Shown piece after piece: positions 37,931 to 51,808 of a stretch of DNA of 64,000 bases (positions are counted from its first letter, which is position 1; every line of letters starts with the position of its first letter). The notes below the pieces were generated by a model. It did no database searches. It was not told the DNA's origin and was given only the letters and a program-made list of their open reading frames with translations. This DNA comes from Azolla caroliniana (Eukaryota; Plantae; Polypodiophyta): contig JBHGNT010000018.1 in assembly GCA_043228905.1 (NCBI GenBank), forward strand, positions 10,602,001-10,666,000. The letters run 5' to 3'. The translations under genes and the position numbers were made by a program.

Positions 37931-40900
37931 TTTAGGGAATGAACAAAGCCGTCAGTGCGGAAGAGATCACACAGTATGAATCTGTGAGGAAGAAATACCT
38001 GTGTATGAGAGAGGCAAGAACAAGATACGTACAGGGAGAGAGAGAGAGAGAGGCACAAAGCATATATCTATATTCATAAAAAGGGCAACAGTTACAACAA
38101 TGAACAACCAACCTTTACAAAAGGTTACAAAGTCACTTTATATAGTGGCTCACATAGGGCAAATGCCCTTTATGTTATTTACAGAAATAGCCCGAACTTG
38201 GGCTCTCTAAGAGAATAGTGTGAATACGTCCATTATACATTTGTATTCGACACTCCCCCGTAATGGGCGTATACATGGGTTATCTAAAAAATACAGGTAT
38301 ACGCATAGGTTCTCGGACAGGTCGGTTTTGTTCGAATCGGCTTGATCCGTAGACAGAAGACCGAACTGGTCGGGTCAGAAAAGCTGAAGCCGATCGTCAG
38401 TGAACCGATGTCTGTTGTCCAAAACCATCCTGCACTATGTCCGGCTTCAACCGGACCGATATGTTGTTACGCCCATCTGTTGCCGAAGAGACCGGAACCG
38501 GTCTACCGAAAGACACTTGGTCATTCCGTCTGCGACATTGTCGGTTGTGGATATCTTTTCTAAACCGATTTTCCCAGAAATGACGCAGTCCCGAACGAAG
38601 TGATATCGAACTTCGATATGCTTGGAGGCGTTGTGATGAACCGGATTTTTCGACAAAGCAACAACACTCTGACTGTCGCTGTAGACAACTGGACCCGAGT
38701 CGGAGTTGACTTGCCGAAACGTGTGCGCCAGCCGACCGAGCCATAAAGCTTCTTTCGCTGCGTCGGAGACAGCTACATATTCTGCTTCGGTCATTGAGGT
38801 GGTTGTGCACTCCTGAAGTTTCGACTTCCACGAGATTGCTCCATTGCCGAATTTAAAGCAATATCCGGTTGTTGACTTGCGACTGTCCACACAGCCGGCG
38901 AAGTCCGAGTCGGTGTAACCGGCTATGCCTGAAGTTGAGTTCGGACCGAAAAGGATGTCGTGGTCTTTTGTGGCAGCTAAATATCTGAACACATGCTTGA
39001 CTGCGTTCCAGTGCGATTTGCTGGGATTGTGCATAAATCTACTGATGACTCCTACGACGTGAGAAATATCAGGCCGTGTCGCGACCATCGCGTACATCAG
39101 AGAGCCTATTGCCGGTGCATACGATACCGACTTCATGTCTTCCCCCTCCGGACCGGATGTCGGACAGTCTCGCTGAGAAAGCCGAAGATGAACGGGGAGC
39201 GGGGTTGAAGCAGACTTGGCCGATTGCATGTTGAAGCGTTCCAAGACACGTCCGATGTAGTCGGTTTGAGACAGAAAAAGCTGTGTTTTGGCGCGATTCC
39301 GACAAATCTTCATTCCGAGTATGTGTCTTGCCGGACCGAGGTCCTTCATGGCAAACTTCAATCGCAGTTTCCGAATGAGTTCGGTGAGCTCTCCGGTATG
39401 CCGACCGGAGAGTAGCATCGCTCTTTTGGTGAAGAGGCAGTGGGCCTCATCACTCTTGGAGAAGCCGACTGACTGGATGAAATTGTCGAACTTCTTGTAC
39501 CACTGTCGAGGTGCCTGTTTCAGGCCGTAAAGACTCTTCCTGAGTCGGCAAACTAGATGTTCCTGACCGGTGGCCACAAAGCCTTCCGGCTGCTCCATGT
39601 AGATTTCCTCCTTTAGATCACTGTGGAGGAATGCCGTTTTCACATCTAGCTGAATCAACTCCAAATTATCGGTAGCCACAACACCGAGCATGAAACGAAG
39701 GGTTGTCATTTTCACCACTGGTGAAAAGATTTTGTCGAAGTCGACACCATATTCCTGTCGAAATCCCTTTGCAACTAATCTGGCCTTGTACTTTGGGGTG
39801 GTCGAGTCGGACGTCTCCTTTAGTCTATAGACCCACTTGCAAGGAAGAGCACGTCGATTCTTCGGTAAGTCGACCAGATCCCAAGTCTTGTTGGCGTGGA
39901 TGGAGTGCATTTCCGACTCCATTGCCAAATGCCAGGTGGCTGAATCGGCAGCTGCCGATGCTTCTTCGTAGGACGTCGGTTCACCGGCGTCGGTGAAGAA
40001 AATTCTAGGAGAGTACCTCTCCGGAGGTTGCGACAGTCTCTAAGATCTTCGAGGTATGACTAGACTGGTCGCACCGGGTGTCGATGTTGGATGGTCGGAA
40101 GCCGAGCCATTCGGCTGTGCCGAATCTGTGGAATCGGTGCGAGAAAAGTCGGTTACCCGTGAAACCGGTCTCGTGTTGTGTGCTGGGCCGTCATGAAGGG
40201 TTGGCACTTCGGAAAATATTACCCTTCGGACTTCAATAGGCCTTTCGGCCGTTTTGTGCATAGTCGACTCGTTGAACACGACGTCCGAATTTCGGACGAT
40301 TTGCCTGTGCTCGGGGTCCCAGAGTCGGTATCCGATCTCGCCGTCGGGTCCATACCCGAGGAAAACGCATTTCCTTGATCTCGGTTCGAGTTTTCGGCGG
40401 TCGTCTTTCGGTATGAGGGCGTATGCCTCGCAATCGAAAATCCTCAGCTTATCATAATTCGGCTTTCTGCCGGTCCATATTTCCTGAGGTATCTTAAGTC
40501 CTAGAGGTCTACTTGGCGACATATTGATTATGTGTACTGCCGTGAGTAGAGCCTTTGCCCAAAAGCCATCCGATAGTCCGGAGTGTTGGAGCATGGATAC
40601 AACACGTTCTTGAATTGTTCGATTCATGCGTTCTGCGATTCCGTTCTGCTCCGGACTATATGGTGCCGTATATTCACGTCTAATGCCGCGTTCTCGGCAA
40701 AATTTGACGAATTCATCAGATTTGAACTCACCTCCATTGTCGGTTCGGAGACACTTCAGTTTCCGACCAGTCTGGTTTTCGACCATTGCGAGCCAATCTG
40801 AGAAGATCGAGAACACCCGATCTTTGGTTCTGATGGGGTAAGCCCACACCTTCCGAGTCGAGTCGTCAATGAAACTGACGAAGTACGAGGCACCACCAAG

Positions 40901-43447
40901 TGACTAATGTGGCATCGGGCCACAGACGTCCGAGTGGACCAAATCGAGTGGGCTCGACTCTCTTGGTGCTGATGCCGGGTGTGATGCGGCTACCTGTTTG
41001 CCGTACTGGCAATGCTCGCAAAACTAATGGTCCGAGAAGGAGAGTTTCGGGATGTATCCGGCTCTGGATAGGTGCGTGATGCCGGCCTTGCTGAGGTGTC
41101 CAAGTCGTCCATGCCATAAGGATGACACAGGGATATCTACCAGAAATAAGTCACCCTCTCTGAGTGTGACATACAAAGGGTACAATGAGTGTACCTTTGG
41201 TCCTCTAGCAAGCAGGAGGTTCCCTCTGTGGAGTGTCCACCCTCTTGATGAGAAACCAGCACGGATGCCAGCTTCATCAAGTTGTCCGACTGAGATCAGG
41301 GGTCGTGAGAGCTCAGGAACATGTCGGACGTTGTGTAGTACATTTGGTATTTGAACTCTACGATGCCGATTCTGATGATAGCACAGTGCTGTGAATTTCC
41401 GACTCGAACTGAGTCGGAGTGCCGGTTTGAATATTGCCGAAACTATGATCGGTGAGGTGTCACGTGATACGACGCGCCCAAGTCCAGAAGCCATGTGCTC
41501 GATTCCTCAGTCGTAAGCAGAACTTCTGATTCGACTGGATTCTCTATGGACAATATGTTCGGGTCGGTCGTCAATATCTTGGCTGAAGAGCCGACGTAGT
41601 TGACTTCCTCATGCCGGTTACTCCTCTGATCAGCTCTCTGAGCTTTGTCTGTCTTTGACTTGAGTACCCGACAGTCGGCCTTGATGTGTCGCGGTTTCTT
41701 GTAGTAGTTGCAGATTCGGGTTTCCCGGGACTTGCTGCGGCTTCACTGATTTGTCGGCGGTCGGGAAGAACTTCTTCCCCGGTTGTTCGATCGGTCGGTC
41801 GAACCTTGTACTACATAGGCTTCTTCTGCTGAGTCTTTGGTGAAAGACTTTCTCCGAGCTACTTCAGTCAGGATTGCACTTGTGACTTCGGAGTACTTGA
41901 TGGCAGTCGTAGAAGCGTTGCACACAGTTGTAACGAAGGTTTCCCAAGAGGAGGGGAGACTGCTCATGAGTATCATTGCTCTGAGTTCATCCTCGATTGT
42001 CGTCCCCTGTGACGAGATTTGGGAGCTCAAACTTTCGTACTCGTTAAGGTGTGCTTGAACTGAATCGGAGTCTTTCATCCGCAAGTTGTAGAGGCGCCGG
42101 ATCAAATACATCTTCGTTGAGGCGACCTTCTTTTCGTAGGTTTCCGACAACTTCTTCCAAAGTTTGAAGGCTGTCGTGCACGATTGCACTGTGAAGTACA
42201 CTGACTCCGATAGTTGCATCCGGATCGTGGCGCGGACGATTCTGTCCAGCTTCTGCCACTCATTTGCCTTGTATATTTCTGGAGCAGTTTCATTCTCAAT
42301 CGGATCGATCTGACCCTTGACTATAAGATAGTCTTGCATTTGCTCCTTCCAAAAATTGAAGTTCGAACCGTCGAACCTCCTTAGACTCATTTCCGATGAG
42401 CTGGATGTTGATGCCATCATATTCGGTTTCGGTTGACGAAGCTCGGTTCGGAGTTGACTACGAACCTTGTTGGAGTGCAGCCGGTCAGCTCACCCGATAT
42501 CGTTCTAGTCGGATTTGAACCCGAGTCGGTTCGGCTTCGGATATATGTATTGTTGAACTTGCTCGAATTGACTCCGGTAACTTGAGGGACAGAACCGACT
42601 GGTCTTCCCCAATGTTGCCGAGTCGGAGTGATCCCGGTTCGCTTCCGAATATATATGCCAAATACCGATTATTGAAACCGATTGTCTGGACCGATTCTGC
42701 TTCAGGTGACTACAGCGACGAGAGAGACGGATCCAATTGATCCTCCTGAATGTCGATCAGCCGGATGAAGCACGAATTGGGGTTGTTGTCTTGAGACCGA
42801 TCTGCACCGAGTGGTTACAACGGGCGACGAGCAGCGTTCGATGACCTGTTCGGATGTCGTTTAACCGCGTGGAGCACGATCGTGTCAATGTTGCACAAGG
42901 TGATTTCACCTCGAGCGGTTACGATCACAAGGAACAGAGTACAGCCAGCTGGCTTACTCCAAGCGAAGATAATCTAACGCGATGAGATGCAAGCCTCGTT
43001 TTTCTTCTTCTTCTTTCTTCTCTGTTTCTTCAAATACAAAGCAAAAAAAAAACAGAATGTTGTGATCCAAAGATTCGAATGGCGGCCAACAGCGGGATGA
43101 AGGACATCCAAGCTCTGATACCAAATGTAGGGAATGAACAAAGCCGTCAGTGCGGAAGAGATCACACAGTATGAATCTGTGAGGAAGAAATACCTGTGTA
43201 TGAGAGAGGCAAGAACAAGATACGTACAGGGAGAGAGAGAGAGAGAGGCACAAAGCATATATCTATATTCATAAAAAGGGCAACAGTTACAACAATGAAC
43301 AACCAACCTTTACAAAAGGTTACAAAGTCACTTTATATAGTGACTCACATAGGGCAACTGCCCTTTATGTTATTTACAGAAATAGCCCGAACTTGGGCTC
43401 TCTAAGAGAATAGTGTGAATACGTCCATTATACATTTGTATTCGGCA
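37931..43447 (-). mobile_element. Near-complete recent Ty1/copia LTR retrotransposon
   Basis: 322-bp LTRs at 37931-38252 and 43126-43447 with 4 differences by eye; PBS 43112-43123; PPT 38253-38260; TSD CACAG/TACAG; gag from 42420, INT 40849-40040, RT-RH 39928-38447. Confidence 0.97.
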
Positions 43448-44149
43448 TACAGTTGCGTGCCGATCCACCTCATCCTCCACGCCCACAGTGCCAATTCACT
43501 TCCGTGTACAACATCCGGTTGTCTGATTGAGTGGTCCTCAATCCACTAGCGTAACCTCTCGGTCTGTTAGGATGCCTCAGCTACATACATTACTGTACCT
43601 CCACCTGGCACCTATCGTGGTTATAAACGGCTAGTCTTGCCGCGTGGTTTTCCTCAGCCATCATCATCGATTGTAGGTCGAAGAAGGATAGTGGTTTCTC
43701 CCGTGTGCAAATAGCCATCCGGATTGGCCCGTACCGCTGCACTAAACCAGATCTACACCATTTCTTCCTCGTCCACCGTCATGTTGATGGACCCCAATGC
43801 ATTACAGATCTCTTTAATCTTTGTGGTGTAGTCGGTCACTGACATATCATTCTACTGGATATTGTTGAACTTTGGCCGAAGCCGCAACTTCTGATCCATG
43901 GTACTTGCAACGAAAATCTTTTTCAGAAATTCCCAAGCCTCCGGTGTTTTCACATCTCTGATGTAGCCCCACATCTGGTCGTGCACAAAGGGAAGTCCTT
44001 GTGTACCGGTTCTGACATGACTTTATTTGCTCCTTCCACATAACTCTAGTAACCATGCCCCAGCAGATACTGGTGCATCTTGTAGGACCAAGATGCATAG
44101 TTGTTACGAGCAAGTTTTTCAGTAGGAAGTGAGCCCCCCATGCTTCAAG

Positions 44150-44465
44150 GTGTAGCTAGCGATTGACATGTCCCTCTGTTATATACCGTTCAACTCTTGA
44201 TGGAGTTGAAGCTTTCTTGTGGTTGTGTTGGCCGCGAAAATATTCTTGAGTTTCCCCCACACCTCCTTCGACTTTTTAGCATCTCGGATGTAGCCAAGCA
44301 TGTGATCATGGACGCATGATGTAGGGCAGTACAACACACGACTCACCACTTGCTCCCAAGCTAGGTAGTCGGCATGTGTTGGGATGGGTTGATTCTCGTT
44401 TGCCCCTTCGACATAACTCCAATAACCTTGGCTGACAAGGTATTGGTGCATCTTGTACTCCCAAA
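44150..44465 (-). mobile_element. Additional copia gag fragment
   Basis: WEYKMHQYLVSQGYWSYVEG...KLQLHQELN. Confidence 0.8.
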
Positions 44466-44469
44466 TATA

Positions 44470-46460
44470 ATGTGCAAGTATGGGTTAGAAAGCTTGTGAA
44501 ATCAACTATCTTTAGAACTTTAGATCTCTAAATTTGGAGCTTTGGTGCGGGAGAGATGACTATTAGAAGGTCGTTGTGTCATAGCTAAAAATAGGAGATA
44601 AACAACTTCTAAAAAAATGCGTGAAAAAGAGAGGAAGGAGGAAGAATAAGAAGATTATAAGAAGTGAGATGGGGAAGATAGAAGAGATAGAAGACGTGAT
44701 ACCTCTATAATAAGGGAAGGAGAGTAAAGTTGGGGGTTTTGTTCTGAGTCTACTTCTTGTGGTGTTTTCTTGCCCATTCATGTAGTCTGGTTGAGTTGTT
44801 ATCAATATATCTTTGTAGATTTGGATTTATGTATCTTCTTCCTCTCTTCCTTCCATCATGGTCATTCATTATCAATAGATCTTTGTGGTTTTGGATCTAT
44901 ATATCTTGTTTCTCTCTTCTTTCTATCATCACTCTATCATTTTGGTGCTCCGGGGAGGGCCGATCTTTTCCGCATCTTGGGAAGATTGATTGTGTTGTGG
45001 ATATGGCTTTTCAATTTGCCTTTGCAAGTGATGGTGTTCAGGATGAGGGAGCTTTTTTGGCATCCTTCGAGCACCATGCGGTTTCAATTGGGAAGGTGAA
45101 TGACATAGAGAAACTTCCCTTGTTGGTGGCAACTTTGTACTCAAGGGCTCGAGAGTGGTATGAGTCCCTCTCTCCCAACCAACAATCCAACTACCAATTG
45201 CTCGTTCAACAATTTCGAAGCAAGTACATCCAACATTGTAATGCTATGGAGGTACGAGAGGAACTCTTCGTGTTGCATATGTCAACATCGATGGAGTATA
45301 TGGAGTACGAAAGGGTGTTCAAAGAGCTTTGGTCAACATGGATCTGTCTACGAGGAGGCGTAGAGGATGCGTGGTTCAAGATGGATCGCTTCAAGGCAGG
45401 CTTGAATCCTTACTTTGCAATGGAGGCAAATTTGAAGGACCCAACCAATTTTCAAACTATTCTACAAGTGTGTCAAGTCTATGATAGACAACTAAAAGTT
45501 ATGTGGATGGGAACTGATACAACGGTGGCGATAGCTGGTGCGCATGTGGTGTCAACTCTAAACGCTCCATATCTATCCTCTATTGTACATGGAGGCCAGG
45601 TTTTTCCAAACATCTTTAATTCTAATATAACTAACCAAGCTAGTATACCAATGATGCGAGATGTAGATAATCTAAGATCTGATGGAACTTTCCCCGAGCA
45701 ACTAAATTGACGCCTTGATGAGCTAACGAATCAATTCCACCAAATGCAAGCAAGTTTCAACACCAATCAAGTTCGAGAGGTGCCACAAGAAAAATGAGTC
45801 CTAGTTTGTTATTCTTGTAGTGTTGAAGGCCATATTGCTACATGGTGTCCTTCAAGACGAAAAGGAGGTTTAGGACGAGGTACCTATCAAGTTCAAGGAG
45901 GTTCAAATTCCTCTAACAACCATGAAAACAGCAACAATCAAGCTTCGATGGATGGAGAACCATTGCCAGTGGCTCAAGTTCCAACAATACCTCCCAATGT
46001 AAATCTTCTTGATTTTATGTATGATATTAACAATGATTGTGATGTTGTTCCAATCAAGAGAACTAGAGAAACCCATAAGGGCACAGAGGTGGAAGGTGAG
46101 TCAAGTAACCCTCAAATAAAGAAAAAAGCTAAGGACTCTATGGAGTCTAAGATGGAGAATCATTCAAAAAGACGGCGTTTAAGAAGAAAGATCAATATGG
46201 AGGACTTGCCTATGGTGAAAGGAGTGTAAGCTTTCAACCTCAAGCAAGAGTTGATTACTAATGGACCCCAGATCACTTGGCCACAACTTCTTCAACTCTC
46301 TCCAAAGATATGGAAGGAATGGGGACGACTAGCGAGTATACGTCAAAGTACCAAAACAATGCACTATGCGGGAGTTGTACGAGTGAAGGAACGAAAGGAT
46401 ATTCGACCCGTTATTTCGGTAATTATTAAAGGTCTTTTAATTAAGGATGCCTTAGTAAAT
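44470..46460 (+). mobile_element. Ty3/gypsy remnant (leader, gag 45003-45710, zinc knuckle, start of protease)
   Basis: Retrotrans_gag-like AREWYESL...FKAGL; CYSCSVEGHIATWC near 45808; ITWPQLLQLSP; DALVN. Confidence 0.75.
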
Positions 46461-48068
46461 ACAACCAACTGGATTTGAATCACGTACGCACCCAAAAGCC
46501 ATGTGCCGACTCAAGAATCCACTCTACGGCCTTAATCAAGCACCACGTGCTTGGCATTCGAAGATAACGCAATATCTTCATCAAATCGGTTTTCGAATGT
46601 CGAAATCCAACAACTCCCTCTACATCTGAAACGAGTCGAACAATCCGATTGCCATCATCCTGTATGTGGATGATCTGGTCATCGGAGGAAAGGATCTTTC
46701 CGGGATCAATAAGGTCAAATCACTCCTATCTGGTAGGTTTGAAATGAAAGACCTGCACGAGCTCCAGTACTTCCTTGGTATCAAAGTAATTCGAGCACCA
46801 GTTGGGATACTCATCTCTCAACAACACTATGTTCTCAACTTAGTCTACAAGTTTGGAATACCCGAGTGCAAACTTGTGTCTACTCCTCTCGACCGAAATC
46901 TCAAGCTCGATGTCGATTCGGGAACCGAAGAGTGAGAGCCGATTCAGTATCATCAACTGATCGGTAGCCTCATCTACCTAACCATCACACGAACCGACCT
47001 TAGCTATTCGGTCCGCCTACTTAGCCAATTCATGCAGAACCCACGAAATGATCATCTCGATTGCGCTAAGACGATACTTCGGTATGTCAATACGATGATG
47101 AACTACGGCATCATGTATAAGTCGAATACGCCTATTTGACTTGAAGGGTACACATACGCGAACCGAGCAAACTATAAAGCTGATAGACGATCGACGTCAG
47201 GTTTCGTCTTCTCCCTCGGCAGCGGAACGATCTCCTGGAGCAGTAAGAAGCAACTGACAGTCGCACTATCAAGCACAAAAGCCGAATACAGGGGCACAAC
47301 AGTCGCCGCATGCGAAGCCATCAAGGATCCAATTCGCCTATACTACGACCACATGAGCAGTATCTACCTAGCTCGGAACCCCGTTTTCCACACGTGGACT
47401 AAACACATCGAAGTACACTCACATCATCCGTGAGTGCGTACAAACCAGAGATGTCGACCTACAACACACCAACACGAATCTTCAAGTGGCTGACATCTTC
47501 ACAAAAGCCCTGGGTATCAACAAACTGAGGCAGTTCGTGACGAACCTTGGCCTCTCAATCACCGACCAACCAAGCTTGAGGGGGAGTACAACAGCAATTG
47601 ACACCGAACAGAAGCCGATCAGTCGATCGAAGCTGATCAGAGGAGTCAAAGTACGAACAAACAATCTAACGGGCGAACAGTCGAACACAGAGATTCGAAC
47701 AATCGAAATCGGAAGCCGTGTCGACTAGCCTCTTGAAAACCGGAACGAAGTTTTCGAAGATTGAACCGAAACAACTTTTCGGCATCCGGAAGTTGTGTTC
47801 GAAGGGGCGTGTTGAGAATGGAACTCAACTTCCCATAGGAATAGTGTTCACACTAGTCAGTGGACAACTTACTAGGACATTTTTGTAATTAGTAGAAAGG
47901 GCATTTGCCCTAGACTAGTTGGTATTTAAACCAACCTTTTGTAACTTAGTTGTTGTTGGATGTGATATATAGTTTCTTGTTTAGAGCTCTCTCACACACA
48001 CACACACTCTCTCTCTCTCTCTCCTTCTCTCTTGTGCACATACACACACACACAGTCCTTCCGCTACA
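46460..48068 (+). mobile_element. Ty1/copia RT-RNase H remnant with 3' LTR (47810-48068)
   Basis: YGLNQAPRAW, LYVDDLVI, MKDLHELQYFLG, VADIFTKAL; purine tract GAAGGGGCG followed by TGTTG...CTACA. Confidence 0.88.
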
Positions 48069-48826
48069 TAGAATCACTTTCGATTCTTTACAATAACCAA
48101 GTAGTACATCAAAGGATCTAAGATTCGTAACATGAGAGTCACATAGTATCTATATGCATTTGTATGATGAATTGCACCATCGATGGACTTGGTAAGTGTG
48201 ATTACATACCCTTGATTGAAGTCCCAAGTTCTAAACCAAACGATCATTGATGAAATTATTTGAGCTATTGGAATCAAATAAAGACCTTTTGATAAGTCTG
48301 TTGGTACGAAGCAAATCATTAGTTCCTAGTACATGTGAAAAAGAACATGGACAATTGTAACTTAGATATTGAATATAATCCTCAAGAATATCAAATAGCT
48401 AACCTTTGGGATCACTAGGTGTCTTATTGATTAATTCATCGGGTCTCTTTCATTTTCCACCACTGTTCACCCTCGAGAACGAATGTTTGGAATTGAGTCC
48501 TAACATGATGAACATAATCTTCAAGAGAAGAAAATTTCCGAGTAGAAAAATTAGGTGGTGATGACCTACAGTAGCAAGTTGTACTAACTTGTAGTGCCGC
48601 CACACAAACCCGCAGGGCTGGCACTAATGTGGGCAACTACAACTTGGCAATAGTTAGGTGTTGTCGATTTTGCAAACTGCTCATGAAAAATAAAAAATAA
48701 AAAAAGTATATATATATATATATATATATGCATATACATAAATATATGTATATTAATAAATAAAAAACACAAATAAATATGATTATTTATTTTAAGATAA
48801 AAATAAATAAATCATCATGTTATGAT

Positions 48827-49479
48827 TGTTGCGAAAGTGACAAAATCCTTAAGGGGTATTAATACGAGGCTAAACCTCCACTTAAAAACTGACATGTTGA
48901 TGAGCCAAACATCTAATGTTCGAAAGAGCGTAAACAAAAGAAAATCTGAACACAATTAAAAAAAACAAAGAAACAGAGAATATCAAAGTCTCATGAGTTG
49001 CTTGATCCTAGATCACAAAATGCACAAGCCACCACCATAAAACATTAACCAGACTTTGTTAGAATCTTAATTAACGTTAAGCATAATTAAACAAGAAAAT
49101 AAGGAAGAAAGAGCACAGAGAAGGTGAGGAACGGATATGAGTCCCCCATTGGTGCCCCATACCACTAAGTACAGATTTGGATCATACGTTAGGTTTGAAG
49201 AAGAAGGCACATGTGTATGAAGCTAGAGTTTTCCCACACTATTAGAGTCTCTATCTCCAAAACAATAAAAAACAGATCCCCCTTCATAAAGGTCGGCAAC
49301 CTTCTTATGTAAGCTCAAACCCTAGGTCCTTGTATGTAATTAAACTTGGTTGCTATTTTTATCAAAAATAACCAATTGATAAAACACTCTAAAGTTATCA
49401 CTCACGAAAGTTTACTCAAGCATTACCCTTCATCCTTACGAATTCGTCGACAACTACAATTATGGTTATGCTCGTAACA
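48827..49479. repeat. Solo LTR
   Basis: TGTTGCGA...TCGTAACA inverted termini; TSD ATGAT/ATAAT. Confidence 0.7.
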
Positions 49480-51736
49480 ATAATACATTATTACATATGA
49501 CCTCTCATTCTCAATGCATATGGAATAGGAGGCACACAATCAATTTCTCTTGTCCACAAGAACATGCTTGACACATGACATATGATCCACGTCAACATGT
49601 TTTATTTGTATGTAGACAATATACCAACTCCCTTGCATGTTAAATGGCATGTCCAACTTGTTAAGATCTAGGGGATATTTTTGTTCCAATGAGAGCTACA
49701 TACAACTCATTGTAATGTCCTACTGCAAAGAGTTCATTTAAGGGCATGGAAAGTTGTTCCAATGCATTGCATTCATCATAGTTATCATGCATGATCCTTG
49801 TGTGTATTGTAATCACATGATCTTAGTTCCTAGAAACAAATGTCCACTTACTTATTTGAAGGTCATACAATACTAAATAGATTTCAGTCCTACATAATTT
49901 CCTCAATAACATGTTTGATCAAATGATTTACAAAGAAATTTGTGGAAAAAACAAATATCCCATATTATTCTATAAAGGAGAAAAACATAAAGGGTAAACG
50001 AGGACATAGACGTTAGTATGGATGTTTGTCTATGTATATATGCATGTATGCATATTTGTATGAGTGACTTACATCCCTCAATGTAAATATGCAAGTTATC
50101 TAAATTAAAATTGAGAATGTTTGCAAAAGAGGATATCATGCTTGTTTATAGACCCAAGGGTTATTTTCTTTAACTCCAAAAAGCTTTGTATAAGCATATT
50201 CACAAGGGTAGATGAGTATAATTCGCCACAATGGGGGTTTCATGGAAAATATGCATGTATGTGGAACCCCAATCATATCTAAAGACTCAATCCCCTTGAG
50301 TGTTTTCCACTTTAGTTTATATTACCAAGTTGGCCTCGATCTATCAAAGTATTGTTCTATCATAGCATTGTTGGATTCTATGTCCTTTCCTCACCTTATC
50401 CTAGTCCCTACAAGATCACAAATACATCAATACGTTTGTTACATGTTGGTTCTTGCCAAGAAAATGTGCTCCATCAAGCAACTTGTATTTTCAAAATCCA
50501 TAGAATTTATTTGCGCCTTTTTCTTTGTTTTAGGCTTTTGGTCATATACATCACCAAGCCTTTACGTTGCCTTAGTGTTTTGAAACACATTGGGATTCTT
50601 GGTATTGAGGTAATAATTAATCCCATGCCTATTCCTCCAACTATTAAGGGACCATGTGAAGAATTGCCTTATCCTTTTCGTACCAAAATTATTTACAATA
50701 ACATATTCCTTCAACCTTGAAATTTATTTCCAAACCTACACTCCCCTTGTGCTTCACCTAGAATTTATGGGATCCTTTGCACGTCTCGTCCTTGTTGTTT
50801 GCAAGAAAACACAATTTCTATGAAGGGTATGACTTACAACCATGAGTAGTGATTCGATTTTTCCATTGCAACACTTTGCATAGGGTGGAGCCAAACTACC
50901 TCCTTCCATCTCATTTGACCATTGGTAGCTTGAATGATGGGAGTTTAACAATCATCTTGTGTGTTTACATTTGATAACAAGCATAATCATCTTATGGAAT
51001 GGATTTATGGAAACATTTGGTTTGATGTTAATAACAACTACCAAAATATCAAGAAGTCATTTCTCAATGCTCCATCTTTCAAACCAGCTCTTGATAGAAA
51101 CCTGATTAATTAAGGATATCACATGACACCCAACGATCAAACTTGGATGAAAACTATAGATAAAGCTATGCAAAATACATTGATGATCATAATAATAGAC
51201 ACAGAAAAGGAAAATGGCATTAATAAATATACATTGCTGATCATGATAATGATGATAAAATACACAGAAAGGGAAATGGAATCATTGAATGTCAACCATG
51301 CCTAGTTGATATCACCACACGAATTTACAACATAATAGCTACTTGTATCAATAACAAGGACAAGTTGTTTTTCCTTTCGTTTTATCTCAAGGGTATGTTT
51401 CTACTTTTGATTGTTTTCCGAAAATCTAAGTTATCATGTTCAGCAAATTCTTATCGATTGATGGATAAATAATCATGATACAAGATAGAAATCTAACCAA
51501 GGGAGGTAGGCTTGGTACAAATGAAACACTCTAACCATGGATAAATAAGTAAATTGAAAATACCAAAAGAAAACGAGAGGGGTCATCATATTCCACTGTG
51601 GTTAATGGTAAAGAAACCAGACAATTCTTTCCGGAAAGCCTACATGTCTTGCAGAGATGTAGACGGTCACAATATTTTGTCACATGAAATGCCTCTGCAT
51701 TCTTCGATTCAACTCCAATCCAATCGACCGGTTTAT

Positions 51737-51808
51737 CTAAAAGAAGCTTTGTCTCGAAGAAGGTCTACTGGAAGCCAAATTTACTCTCAGCGGCCTCCCT
51801 TGAACATC
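51737..51808 (-). CDS. cpRNP exon 3
   Basis: [23 protein letters not shown]. Confidence 0.9.
   Translation of the reverse strand, partial: DVQGRPLRVNLASSRPSSRQSFF

Larger units (their letters stand above)
34088..44145 (-). mobile_element. Older degenerate Ty1/copia element (gag about 44142-43448 and 37930-37640, PR, INT, RT, RH), host to two nested insertions
   Basis: WYVDSGASNHMT, LWHKRIGHVN, HSDVW, CLKKSLYSLKQAPRAW, MKDLGDLHYFL, GYTDVDWA; many frameshifts. Confidence 0.88.

Noticed and set aside
37931-37937. TTTAGGG telomere seed at an element boundary
   Set aside because: It is the LTR terminus TGTAGGG with a single G-to-T change (compare 43126)
48436-48690. Exon-like - strand segment (LPTLVPALRVCVAALQVSTTCYC...)
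   Set aside because: The cpRNP gene already terminates at 51737; I recognise no domain, and there is an in-frame stop just upstream of the listed ORF
49500-51100. Possible decayed transposase or gene fragments
   Set aside because: Only short ORFs with no motif I can identify; a translated search would be needed
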